This document shows positions 11,683 to 22,321 of a stretch of DNA of 64,000 bases, in pieces (within the stretch, counting starts at the first letter, position 1; each line of letters starts with the position of its first letter). Source of the DNA: an uncultured Gemmatimonadales bacterium (GTDB taxonomy: Bacteria > Gemmatimonadota > Gemmatimonadetes > Gemmatimonadales > Gemmatimonadaceae); NCBI GenBank assembly GCA_963793305.1, contig CAWBZV010000003.1:192001-256000 (forward strand), read 5' to 3'. The notes below the pieces were generated by a model, which was not told the origin of the DNA, ran no database searches, and saw only the letters and a program-made list of their open reading frames with translations. Position numbers and translations under genes: made by a program.

Positions 11683-12218
11683 TCAGGGTCCGAAAATCCG
11701 ACGCGCGGTCGTGAGGCTTCCTCCGGTAACCGCGTGAACTCACGCAGAGCGTCGAATACGACATGGAACTGGCCGTCGTATCGCTGCTCCAATTCATCGA
11801 TCCGCTTCGCCAACTCGGCGTGGCCCCGGAAGAACTGCCGCAGGCGTACAAATGTCCGTATGATCGCAATGTTCACATCGATCGCACGATCGCTGTGCAG
11901 GATGCTTGATAGCATGGCGACGCCCTGCTCGGTGAACGCCAGCACCGTGTAACGACGCCCGCCGTACCCGCCTTTCGAACTTGATGTCGCAAATTGTGAC
12001 CTCAAGTTGCTAACCTCTGGTGCGGTAAGCTCTAACAGGAAATCCGAGGGAAATCGACGACGGTTTCGACGGACCTGCTGGTTTAACGCCTTCGTAGGAA
12101 CGCCGTACAGCGCAGCGAGATCGGTGTCGAGCATGACCTTCACGCCACGAACAACGTAGATCCGTTGTTCGATCCAAGCGGCGTCGAGCGATGGGATGGG
12201 AAGTGTTGGGCTGGGCAT
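11676..12218 (-). CDS. ORF6N domain DNA-binding protein
   Basis: IYVVRGVKVMLDTDLAALYGV, RRNRRRFPSDF, LRSQFATSS, AFTEQGVAMLSSILHS. Confidence 0.92.
   Translation of the reverse strand: MPSPTLPIPSLDAAWIEQRIYVVRGVKVMLDTDLAALYGVPTKALNQQVRRNRRRFPSDFLLELTAPEVSNLRSQFATSSSKGGYGGRRYTVLAFTEQGVAMLSSILHSDRAIDVNIAIIRTFVRLRQFFRGHAELAKRIDELEQRYDGQFHVVFDALREFTRLPEEASRPRVGFSDPET
11978..12008. repeat. Imperfect palindrome within ORF6N coding sequence (encodes NLRSQFATSS)
   Basis: AACTTGATGTCGCA-AAT-TGTGACCTCAAGTT, 12/14 pairs. Confidence 0.85.
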
Positions 12219-12394
12219 AGATGAGTTGGGAGGAGACGGCAGTATCCGAGAAGCCAGGATACACGGCAGGGGAGCACGCGCGTCATCGGTATGTCGACAT
12301 GCGCGGCAAGAACGAATCGAGCCGAGTCTAACACCGACCGACCCGGCCCGTAACGGTCAGAACCGAACGGGTCAGCGCACGCTATTTTTCCACT

Positions 12395-15300
12395 ATGCCC
12401 CGCCAGCCCGACGCGCTGATGCCGTTCCACCCGCTAGTCCGGCGCTGGTTCGAGGAGACCCTCGGCGAGCCGAGCCCGCCGCAGGAGAAAGGATGGCCGG
12501 CGATCGCGTCAGGCGCGCACACGCTGATCCTGGCGCCGACGGGCACGGGCAAGACACTGGCGGCGTTCTTGTGGGAGCTCAATGCCCTGATCGTGCAGGG
12601 CGCCCAGGCACCGCTGCCGAATGCCGTGCAGATCCTCTACATCTCGCCGCTCAAAGCACTCGGCAATGATGTGCAACGCAACTTGCAGAGACCGCTGGCG
12701 GAGTTGCGGGAGCGGTTCGAAGCGGCAGGCGAGCCGTTCCCCGAGATACGAGTCGATGTGCGGAGCGGCGATACGCCGGCCTCGGCGCGGGCAAGAATGC
12801 TCCGCCGGACGCCACACATCTTGATCACGACGCCAGAATCGCTGGCGATATTTGCTGACGACCGAGCGAGGCCGCACGATCTTTCCTGGCGTCCGCGCGG
12901 TCATCGTCGACGAGATCCACGCGGTCGCCGGCGGCAAACGCGGCGCGCATCTCGCGCTGACACTGGAACGCCTCGATGCGCTGGTGACCGGCGCGGGCTT
13001 TGACGCGCCACAGCGCATTGGCCTCTCCGCCACGCAACGCCCGCTGACGGAGATCGCGCACTACCTCGGCGGCCTCGATCGCGCCGCCGAATTCCGGCCA
13101 GTGACGATCGTCGACTGCGGCCTGGTCAAGCCGATGGATCTCGTCGTGCAGTCGCCCGTGCCCGACCTCGGCAACGTCGGCGGCACCGTCTGGCCCGCGG
13201 TCTACGAGCAACTGGTCGGCCTGATCCGCTCGGCCCGCACCACGCTCGTATTCGTGAACAATCGCGGTCAGGCCGAGCGCATCGCGAACAAGATCAACGC
13301 GCTCGCCAAGGAAGACATCGCCCGACCCTATCACGGATCGATTTCCAAAGAACGCCGCCTCGCACTCGAACGCGCCCTCAAAGCCGGCGAGTTGACCGCA
13401 CTCGTGACAACGAGCGCGCTCGAGCTGGGCATCGACATCGGTTCCGTCGACCTCGTCGTACAGATCCAGAGTCCAAAACGGGTCTCCGCCGCCGTCCAAC
13501 GCGCCGGCCGCGCGGGACACTCGGTCGGCGACGTCAGTCGCGCCGCATTCGTCCCCACGTTTCGCGATGATCTCATCGAGATCCTGGCGATCGTCGATGG
13601 CGCCCGCGCAGGCGAGGTCGAAGCGACGGTCGTCCCCCAAAATGCGCTCAATGTTTTGGCGCAGACGATAGTTGCCGTTGCCTCGACGCCGATCGAGGGT
13701 ACGACTGACACGGCGCTCTACGAGCTCGTACGACGCGCGTACCCATATCACCGACTGCCCCGCCAGGCGTTCGACGAAACGCTCGCGATGCTGAGCGGCA
13801 AGTATCCGGCAAACGTCGCCGTGGAGCTGGAACCACGGCTCACATGGGACCGCACCACCGGCCGCGTCACGGGCTCGCGCGGGAGTCGCATGACAGCTGT
13901 GATCTCCGGCGGCACGATCCCGGATCGCGGGTTGTACACGGTGAATCTGCCGGATCGCACCCGACTCGGTGAGCTCGACGAAGAGTTCGTCCACGAGTCT
14001 CGCATTGGCGATGTGTTCCAACTCGGCTCGGCCACCTGGCGCATCAACGCGATCGAGCACGATCGCGTGATCGTGATCCCAGCACCGGGCGCGCCAGCGC
14101 GGATGCCATTCTGGCACGGCGAGTTCGCGACGCGCGGCCCCGCGGTGAGTAGCCGCGTCGGTGCCATTCGCCGCGAATTAGCTGTCGCAACAGAGGACAC
14201 GGACGCCGAATTCGCGGCCAAGCACGGCTGCGATCTGGCCAGCGCCCGCTCGGGCCGCGAGTACGTCGCCGAGCAGCGCGTCGCACTCGGCGTCGTGCCG
14301 GATGATACGGCGCTCACGATCGAGTACTTCCGCGACGACGTTCGAATCCGTCCGCGTGGTCATCCACTCGACGTTCGGCGGTCGGGTCAACGCGCCATGG
14401 GGCATGGCCCTGGCCCGCCGCGCGCGAGATCTCCTGTCGATCGACGTCGCCGTGCAAACGAGCGACGACGGGATCATGCTCCGCCTGCCCGCGCTCGCCG
14501 CGGCTCCGCCGATACGGTCGCTCCTGGCGCAGACGCCGGCCGAGGTCGAGCGGGCTGTCCTCGACGAGGTCGGGACGACGCCGTTGTTCGGCGCCCGGTT
14601 CCGCATGAACGCCGCGCGCGCATTGCTGCTGCCGCGCGGCCGACCGAACCGCCGCATGCCGCTCTGGCTGCAGCGGCTCAAGGCCGTCGACCTGCTGCAA
14701 GCCGTGCGGCAATACCCGGAGTTTCCCATCCTCGTCGAGACGTACCGCGAGGTGCTGCGCGATGCGTTCGACATGGAGGCGCTCACCGGCGTCCTGCGCG
14801 AGATCGAGTCCGGGCGACTGCCGATTCGCATCGTCGAGACCGACCGGCCGTCTCCGTTCGCCGCCGGCCTCCAGCTCGGCTTCGTCATGGAGTGGCTGTA
14901 CGCCGATGACACGCCGCGCGCCGAGCGCGCCGCGGCAATGCTGTCCGTCGATCGCGGCATGCTCGACGATGTGCTCGGCGTCGACGACGCGCTCGACGAG
15001 GCGACCGCTGCGGCGATCGACGAAGTACTCGCCATCCGGCGCGGGACTGCTACTGGCCGCCAGGCGCGCACGGCCGACGAGCTGGCGCACCGACTGGAGC
15101 GCGCCGGGGACCTGACGCTCGACGAGCTTGCGGCTCGCGAGGCGCCAGACTCGGGCGCGCTGCGCGCGCTCCTCGCGTCTGGACGCGTCGTTGCCCTCGA
15201 CAACGGGCGCTACGTCCTGGGCGAGTATCTCCCGCAATACACCTCACGCGCCGCCCGCCGCGAAATTCTGGCGCGGTACCTCGCGCTCGCCGGACTCGTG

Positions 15301-16716
15301 ACGGTCGACGATGTAGCGACGAGGTACTCGTATTCGAGAAAGTGGATCGAGGCCCGGCTCATCGAGTGGGAACGATCGGGGATGCTGGCCTGCGTCGCGG
15401 GCCGATGGATCTCCCGCAAGGTGCTCGAACGCGCTCGCCGGCGCGCCCTGGCGAAACTCCGCGCACAGATCGAGGCGACCGATCTCCCGACGTTCGCGGC
15501 GTTCCTGCAGCGATGGCAGCATGTCGACCCGCGCGATCGCTTGGACGAAGAGGCAGGCCTCGGGATCATCATGGAGCAACTCGACGGCCTCGCGCGCCCA
15601 GCCGATGCGTGGGAGCGCGACTATCTCCCGGCGCGGATGACGCGCTACGACCCCGCGTGGCTCACGCGGGCGGCCAGTGCCGGTACGCTCGTATGGGCCG
15701 GCGTTCCCTCCACACGTGTACGGTTCTTCGAGCGGGGAGAAGGCGCCCTCTGGCAGCCTGAGTCGGCGGCGCCATCGCTCTCGGAGTCAGCCGACCGAGT
15801 GCGCGAGGCTCTTGTGCGGGGTGGTGCGTCGTGGATGACGGACATCACGGCGGTCACGGGCTTGGGCCCGGTGGCGGCGAGAGATGCGCTGCGCGAGCTC
15901 GCCCAGGCCGGCCTCGTCACCAACGACACGATCGACGCGATGCGCGAGGTGATGCACCAGCGTGCGCTCCCGTCACGCAGTCGGACCGAGCCCGACCCCA
16001 CGCGCTGGCTGCCGAACACGTTCGTGACGTCGCGCCGTCCAAGCGCACACCGCCTGCCGCGTTGGCAACGCCCGGACCGCCCGCAGTCGCAGCGTGCCAG
16101 CGCCGGGCGATGGTCGCTGCTCGACACCCCGGGCACACGAGGACCGGCGCTCGATGAGGACGCCCGAGCAGCCGTGATCGCGCAAAAGTGGCTCGTCCGC
16201 TACGGCGTCGTCACGCGCGATTGGTGGCGGCGCGAGCGCCCGCCGGTCTCGTGGCGCGCGATCTATCGCGAGCTCAAACGTCTCGAACTGCGCGGCGAGG
16301 TTCGCCGCGGCTACTTCGTCGAAGGACTCGCCGGCGCCCAGTTCGCGCTCCCGGAAGCCGTCGAGCGCCTGCGCGCCGCCCGCGAGGATCCGGACGCACC
16401 GCTCATCGCGATCGCCGCGACGGACCCGGCGTATCCAGATCTGTTGCCGCGCCCTCGCGGCGCGAGCGCGTTGCTCATCACGCAACGCGGCAAGCCGGTG
16501 ATCACGGTCGAAGGCAACGGCCGCCGCGTGACGTTCCTGGCCTCGCTCGGCGACAGCGAGTTGAGCGTCGCGGTCGCCCTCATTGCCGCGCGCCGTGGAG
16601 GACGCCGGCGCACGCTCGAGACGATCGACGGCCATCCCGCCGCCACGAGCCCGCACGCCGAGGCCTTCGTGCGCGCGGGGTTTCGTCTATCGGGGTTGAC
16701 CCTCGACTATCCCTAG
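12395..16716 (+). CDS. lhr: Lhr-family SF2 ATP-dependent helicase (long form), frameshifts at ~12852 and ~14341
   Basis: APTGTGKT, YISPLKAL, DEIH, GLSAT, ELGIDIG, QRAGRAGH, HSTFGGRVNAPW, RRGYFVEGLAGAQFA. Confidence 0.92.
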
Positions 16717-17213
16717 CGGGGTGGGGTCAGATTCCCGCACACGAGCGGCACGGGGTCGATCCCTTGGACCCGGTCGACCCGCACGAAGTACTCCCCGTTC
16801 GATGGAAACCCCAGCGCGAGGGACGCGTAGCCCGCCGCGATGCCGGACGAATCCACGGCCAGATCGCGGTAAGCAGCGGGCGGGCCGAACACGCCCAGGT
16901 CATTGTCGCATTTCCCGAAATGCACGCGCCAGGCATACTTCTGCGCCGGGTCGGCGTGATGCACCGCGATCCGCACGCGGATCGAGTGGTTGTCGGCGCT
17001 CCCTGGCGCCATCCACGCGATACCGTGCGGTCCGGCGCTCGTGTCGCCAGTCGTGTCCGTCGCCTCCCAGAGCGTCGTGTTCCAGCGCGTCGCCGCCGGG
17101 GGATCCGACTTTGGCGCGACCGCGTTGGCCGCGCGGCGCATGACGCCGCACGCGGTGCACGCCGCGAAGCACACCATGAGACCGAGACGAAAGCGACACG
17201 ACACGGGAGTCAA
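16713..17213 (-). CDS. Putative lipoprotein, Cu/Zn-SOD-like/CHRD-like fold; start uncertain (17213 or 17177)
   Basis: CTACG lipobox-like segment; AWRVHFGKC...VCGNL pattern. Confidence 0.5.
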   Translation of the reverse strand: MTPVSCRFRLGLMVCFAACTACGVMRRAANAVAPKSDPPAATRWNTTLWEATDTTGDTSAGPHGIAWMAPGSADNHSIRVRIAVHHADPAQKYAWRVHFGKCDNDLGVFGPPAAYRDLAVDSSGIAAGYASLALGFPSNGEYFVRVDRVQGIDPVPLVCGNLTPPR

Positions 17214-17215
17214 AT

Positions 17216-17842
17216 ATTACACCGCAGCGTCAGTTTGATCGCGCCTATTTCGACCGGTGGTATAGGCACCCCACGTGCCGCGTAAAATCGAGCGCCGAGC
17301 TCGAGCGGGAGGTCGAGTTCGTCCTCGGCGCGACCGAGTACCTCCTCGGCCGACCCGTCCGCTCGGTCCTCGACGTGGGGTGCGGCGAGGGCAACTGGTA
17401 CCCACCCCTGACCGCCCGCCGCCCTCGCCTCCACTACACAGGCGTCGATCCCAGCGAGTATGCGGTTCGCCGCTGGGGCAAGCGCCGCAATATCCACCAC
17501 GGCTCCGTGGACCATCTCGGCGTCGACGGCCAATTCGATCTCGTTGTCTGCTGCGGCGTTCTCAACTATCTGGCCGCCGACACGCTCACGAAGGGCCTCG
17601 CCGAAATCGCCGAACGCGTGGGCGGAGTCGCTTACCTGGACATGTACACCGCGAGCGACGCGGTCACGGGCGACACGCGGGGCGCGAAGCGGCGAGCGTC
17701 GTCGTGGTATAGAGAACGCCTTCACCGCGCGGGACTCACGGCGTGCGGGCTGCACCTGTACGTCGGTCCCGCTATGGCTGACCAGCTCGCGACGCTGGAG
17801 CGCTTTCCGCGCCAACGACGGCGGCACTCCAGGCCAGGATGA
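17216..17842 (+). CDS. Class I SAM-dependent methyltransferase; start uncertain (possible ATT)
   Basis: Frame open from 17180; FDRAYFDRWYR...RSVLDVGCGEG motif I lies upstream of and across the first canonical start (GTG 17375). Confidence 0.8.
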   Translation: MTPQRQFDRAYFDRWYRHPTCRVKSSAELEREVEFVLGATEYLLGRPVRSVLDVGCGEGNWYPPLTARRPRLHYTGVDPSEYAVRRWGKRRNIHHGSVDHLGVDGQFDLVVCCGVLNYLAADTLTKGLAEIAERVGGVAYLDMYTASDAVTGDTRGAKRRASSWYRERLHRAGLTACGLHLYVGPAMADQLATLERFPRQRRRHSRPG

Positions 17843-18116
17843 CGCCCAGCAGCACCGTCACCACCACGAGCACAACCGCCGGCAGGTGCATGACGTCGCC
17901 AAGGGTCCGGGCGAGGCGGCCGGCGGGCCCTCGCATCGCGTCATGCGCCAGAAATCCCATCCACGCGATCCCCGCGCCGAGCGCCGCGCGCGTCGCTGGC
18001 CGGCGGCTCGGCCCAACCATCCATCCCCATGCGAGCGCAATAATCGGCACGGCCCACCACCCCACGAAGAACGTCCCCAGGGAGAAGGCGGCCGCCAGCA
18101 CGACGATGTCGATCAC
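17772..18116 (-). CDS. Small integral membrane protein
   Basis: Hydrophobic VIDIVVLAAAFSLGTFFVGWWAVP...; GTGA overlap with acylase stop. Confidence 0.65.
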   Translation of the reverse strand: MIDIVVLAAAFSLGTFFVGWWAVPIIALAWGWMVGPSRRPATRAALGAGIAWMGFLAHDAMRGPAGRLARTLGDVMHLPAVVLVVVTVLLGVILAWSAAVVGAESAPASRAGQP

Positions 18117-20512
18117 TTGTGCACCCGTGGGGGAACCGGCTCGAGCTCGAGGATCGCCGCGTCTCCCGACGTCGCGATTTCCGCGGGCGTCCGTGGGATG
18201 GCCAGCGAGTCGAGCTCTCCGGCCATCCATCGCGGAATGCGATCGGCGTACCGACTGCTGATGGGATTCCCGGACTGCCCGCCGGGATAGATCGCCCACG
18301 CCCGCACGGTCGGGCCGAGCTCCACCACCATGCGCCAACTCGGCCCGTGGATGCCACGACCTTCGAGCGGACTGATGGTCGATGTCCCGCCGGCCACTGG
18401 CAGCGCCAGGCGCGAGAACGCCGGAATCCCCAGCAGATGGTAGATGTTCGCGGTCCGCACACGGTCCCAGCGCCACCCTCCGCCGTCGGGAGGCCCATAG
18501 CGCCGGCGCACCGTGTCCAGGGCTGCGCTCAGACTCGCCGTGAGGACGCTGTCGCGCGGCACATCCCACCACGCGCTCGTCGAGTCCGCGACCAGCTCGG
18601 CCAGGATCGTCTCCTCCGGCCACGCATCTCCCAGCCGATGCCACGCGCGCCGCTTGAGCTCCCGCATCGCCGTCTCGAAGAGCACGGCGCGCTCGTTCTC
18701 GCGCGTGTACCGGCGATCCCACTGGCCCAGCAATCGCGCGCCCTCGGTCCCGCGGGCTGCGCTCAGAAAAAATGGCACGAAATAATCGGCGCGCGCGCTA
18801 CCGGGATCAGTCTGCAGCCGGCGCATCGCGTCCGGCGTCATCGCCGAGTCGGCACGGAGCGCGGCGTCAATGCGCATGGCCCGCCACGGCGATGGCCAGC
18901 TGACGCCGAGGTAGCCGGAGAACGTCGCCGGGTCATACGGCTCCTGGTTCGCCGACGCGAGAAACCCCTGCGCGGGATTGGTTGATTGGGGGTACTCGAC
19001 CAACGGACGATCGCCTATCCAGTCGCTCGCGCTCGTCGAGCCGTCGAAGATGCGCGTGCCTTTTCCGTCGCCTGGACGAATCGGGAAGCGGCCGTTGGAC
19101 CGAATGGCGATCGTTCCCGCGCGATCGGCGACGAGCACGTTCTGGGCGGGCGCCCGAAAGCTTTCAAAACCCTTGAGCAGCTCCGCGACCGTCCGTGCCT
19201 TCGCCGCCCCATCAAATGCGGAGAGCGCGTCCGATGGTTCGAGCGCTGTCCATCGCGTCGAGATCCAACGCCCGCCGACGTGCGTGAGCGGTCCCCGATG
19301 CGAATATCGAATCGTATCGGTGGCGATCACCCGTCCATTGGGGTCGCGATACAGCTCGATCCGTTGCGCTAACGCCCGCCATTGCCCATCGACTTTATAT
19401 CGCGTCGGCCGCGCCGAATCATCGACCGTCTCGGTGTATTCGTCGAGAACGTCAGCGCCCGTATTGGTCAGCGTCCACGCGAGATCCCGATTGAACCCGA
19501 TGACGGTCACCGGTGATCCAGGAATCGTGACGCCATAGACATCGCGCTCACCGGGCACGATGATATGCGCCTCGTACCAGATCGACGGCAGCGTCAGATC
19601 GAGATGCGGGTCGCCCGCGAGCAAAGCATAGCCCGCACGAGTGCGACGGGGCGAAACCGCCCAGTTGTTGCTGCCGACATCATCGTTGCGTTCCCCGGCC
19701 GACGCGAACGCCCGTGCGGTCGTGTCCGCGGGACCTGGTGGCGGCAAGTGGCGCGCAATCCAACGGGGCTCGCCCGGCGCGGGAACGATGGGCTCCTGCA
19801 ACGGACTGTGCACCGGCCCGAGCCCATCGGCCGCGGCATCACCGACCGCGGCCGCGAACGCCGCGTGCTCCCGCTCGTCGAGATTGTGCGCGAGCGTGAG
19901 GCTCATGCGATTGAGCAGATGCAGCGTATTGATCGCGTGCCACCGCGCTGGCCGTCGCCCGAGCAGCTTGTACTCGAGTGGGACATCCCACGGCCCCATG
20001 TGCCGGATCCACAAATTGATGCCGTCGGCGTAGGCACGCGCCGCGCGATACGGGATTCCCGTCGTGTCCATCGCGGCGTAGGCCTGCTCCGCCGCCCTCG
20101 GGAGCCCCAGTGCGCGCGCCTCGCGATCGAGCGGCAGCGCCGCGGCGCCGACGAGCTCCGTGAGCGTGCCGTTCGCCGCCCGCGTCTGGATCTCGAGCTG
20201 AAACAGTCGATCGCGCGCGACGACGAAGCCGAGCGCGCGATACGCGTCGAGGGTCGAGTGCGCGAAGATGTGCGGGACGCCGCGACGGTCGTAGAACACG
20301 CGGACCGAGGAGTCGAGTCCCTTGACGTATCGCACGATCTGAAACGACGGGAGCTCGGCGTGGATCGTGGTCGACCAGACGCCGGTGGCCGGGTCGAGGA
20401 ACGGCCCGAGTGGCGGGAGCGGGCCGAGGCGGAACGCGCTGCCAGCGATGCTCGCAAGGCCCAAGATGAGCGCAGCCGCGAGACGCCGCGGTCGTCTCGG
20501 CGGTCGAATCAT
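18113..20512 (-). CDS. Penicillin acylase family (Ntn-hydrolase, S45)
   Basis: DRRGVPHIFA, DRLFQLE, catalytic GSNNWAV, GDPHL, PGGQSGNP. Confidence 0.93.
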   Translation of the reverse strand: MIRPPRRPRRLAAALILGLASIAGSAFRLGPLPPLGPFLDPATGVWSTTIHAELPSFQIVRYVKGLDSSVRVFYDRRGVPHIFAHSTLDAYRALGFVVARDRLFQLEIQTRAANGTLTELVGAAALPLDREARALGLPRAAEQAYAAMDTTGIPYRAARAYADGINLWIRHMGPWDVPLEYKLLGRRPARWHAINTLHLLNRMSLTLAHNLDEREHAAFAAAVGDAAADGLGPVHSPLQEPIVPAPGEPRWIARHLPPPGPADTTARAFASAGERNDDVGSNNWAVSPRRTRAGYALLAGDPHLDLTLPSIWYEAHIIVPGERDVYGVTIPGSPVTVIGFNRDLAWTLTNTGADVLDEYTETVDDSARPTRYKVDGQWRALAQRIELYRDPNGRVIATDTIRYSHRGPLTHVGGRWISTRWTALEPSDALSAFDGAAKARTVAELLKGFESFRAPAQNVLVADRAGTIAIRSNGRFPIRPGDGKGTRIFDGSTSASDWIGDRPLVEYPQSTNPAQGFLASANQEPYDPATFSGYLGVSWPSPWRAMRIDAALRADSAMTPDAMRRLQTDPGSARADYFVPFFLSAARGTEGARLLGQWDRRYTRENERAVLFETAMRELKRRAWHRLGDAWPEETILAELVADSTSAWWDVPRDSVLTASLSAALDTVRRRYGPPDGGGWRWDRVRTANIYHLLGIPAFSRLALPVAGGTSTISPLEGRGIHGPSWRMVVELGPTVRAWAIYPGGQSGNPISSRYADRIPRWMAGELDSLAIPRTPAEIATSGDAAILELEPVPPRVHK

Positions 20513-20522
20513 GCCGCGAAGG

Positions 20523-22232
20523 CTATCGCGGCTTACCCAGGGAGTCCACTACGTGGGCGAGCGAGTCCACGCGGCGACGGCGCGCGGCGATCTCGGCGCG
20601 CAACGACGCGGTGGTGTCGCGCATCGAGAGGTCGGGCGTCGACGACATGGATATGGGGCCGCCGCTGCCCGAGGCGCGCGGAATCGGCGCGGCGCCCGAG
20701 CCATACACGGTCGCGGCGGTCGAATCGTTCGCGGTGTTCACATCCGGCTGATTCTTCCGCCGTCGCGATTTCGGTACTTGCGCCGGATCCAAACCCACCG
20801 GCTGTCGCTGCACGGCTGGCAAGGGATCCTGCGGCAGCGGCGCCGTGCTCGTATCGCTGGCCGAGAGCACGACCGAATCGGCCGGCGCCGCCGGCGTTTG
20901 CTGCACGATCGCCGGACGCGACTGCATCGCGTACTTCACGATAGCCAACGCGGCGGCCGACCCGAAGATCACGCTCAAGAGAACCGAGACCACGACGGTA
21001 CGCATGCGATCCCCTGCGGTGCTCGGCACCCGAATGAATGTGTGCGTCTGCCGCTGGGGCATCGTGCGCGGCTCGCGCGGAGGACCAGCGGTGCGTGGCT
21101 CGACCCAACCGGGCGGCTTCCCATTGACCCACGCTCCGCGGCGTTCGACGCCGTCCCACTTTCGGCGCTCGATGCCATCCCAACCACCGGTCTTGCCCTC
21201 GGTCTTGGCTCCCGTCTTCGGCTCGGGCTTCGGCCCGGTCCCTGGCTCGAGGAACACGACCGACGGGCCGCTCTTGCGAGAGAGTGGCTTCGGCTGCGGG
21301 AACGGCACGGGCGACGAGGGTGGCTCGCGTACCGGCGGCGCTTTCGCCGTTGGATCGAAGTTGGCGGCCAGCGTCGAGAGCGATGTCGCCGGAGTGGCGT
21401 CGCCCTCTTCCGCCGTCCCGGTCCACGGATCGAGCATTGCCGCGACATCGACCTGGAGCTCGTGGTCGAGCACCTCGTGCACGGCGCGCTCGGGCTCCAT
21501 GGCCGAGACCAATGCGCGGGCCTCCGACCAGGTCGCGCCGACGACCGCGCCGCTGCAGGCGCAGCCGAGTCGCGGGGCGATGTCGACCACGCAGCGATCG
21601 CGCTTGGCGACGTGGTTGGCGACTTCCGCTATGTAGTCGGCCGACTGCGGCTCCAGCACGGCCTGCCCACGCCGCTCGGCGTAGATCCAGTTCGGCGCCG
21701 GTGCTCCACCGGGGAGCGAATAGAACCGCCGGCCGTCGCGCGCGACCCGCTCGTCCATCGTCGCCGACTGGCTGGCGGGATTGATATTGCGCTTGGCCAG
21801 ACTCCGGAGCAGCGCGGCCGGCGTCGCGTACCGATCGATCGCCGGGTCGGCCGCGCCGGGGCAGTCGCCGACATACGTGATATGCAGGCCCTGCAGCCCG
21901 GCACGCGCGCGCAGGTACCGCGCGGCCGCGACCGGCGGGGACACGAACGGCAGCAGATTCTGCCGCATGCTCCCCATTCTCCGCATCCGCTCGGCCACCC
22001 TCGGGCACGAGCACAGGATGAGCGCCTCATCCCCGCGGGCCGCGATCCGCTTGAGCGCCGCCTCGGCGATCAGCTCGTCCCCCCAGCTCGCCGGGACGGC
22101 CGCGCTATAGCCCGCGGCCAAGCACGCGTTTGCCAGCTGCACTGGTGTGGCGGGCTGTGCAGCCAGAAACGCGTCGGCGCCCAGGATTACGACTGCTGGA
22201 CCGTGGGATTGAGAGCCGTTAGGCGAAGCCAA
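20523..22232 (-). CDS. Membrane-anchored protein with N-terminal degenerate [FeFe]-hydrogenase large-subunit-like (Nar1/HydS-like) domain
   Basis: LILCSCP, VSPPVAAARYL, ITYVGDCPG and LGCAC spacing; Pro-rich linker; one TM helix. Confidence 0.65.
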   Translation of the reverse strand: MASPNGSQSHGPAVVILGADAFLAAQPATPVQLANACLAAGYSAAVPASWGDELIAEAALKRIAARGDEALILCSCPRVAERMRRMGSMRQNLLPFVSPPVAAARYLRARAGLQGLHITYVGDCPGAADPAIDRYATPAALLRSLAKRNINPASQSATMDERVARDGRRFYSLPGGAPAPNWIYAERRGQAVLEPQSADYIAEVANHVAKRDRCVVDIAPRLGCACSGAVVGATWSEARALVSAMEPERAVHEVLDHELQVDVAAMLDPWTGTAEEGDATPATSLSTLAANFDPTAKAPPVREPPSSPVPFPQPKPLSRKSGPSVVFLEPGTGPKPEPKTGAKTEGKTGGWDGIERRKWDGVERRGAWVNGKPPGWVEPRTAGPPREPRTMPQRQTHTFIRVPSTAGDRMRTVVVSVLLSVIFGSAAALAIVKYAMQSRPAIVQQTPAAPADSVVLSASDTSTAPLPQDPLPAVQRQPVGLDPAQVPKSRRRKNQPDVNTANDSTAATVYGSGAAPIPRASGSGGPISMSSTPDLSMRDTTASLRAEIAARRRRVDSLAHVVDSLGKPR

Positions 22233-22321
22233 ATGGGAACCGTAAACGGTGAAACCAGGAACGTCGGACTATCCTGAGCAATCGACGACCTGCTTTCACC
22301 GAGGGTTACGGCCCCCCGGGT

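Noticed and set aside
11652..12008. CRISPR array or IS ends from the two palindromes
   Set aside because: Only two copies about 326 nt apart, with no spacer array, cas gene or transposase
14369..14377. Another CGACGTTCG in lhr as an error site
   Set aside because: In frame it encodes the expected HSTFGG, so this copy is native
20367..22277. Long antisense ORFs (636 aa here; also 5597-7096 and 19565-20944)
   Set aside because: Arg/Gly-rich shadow ORFs typical of high-GC DNA opposite well-supported genes
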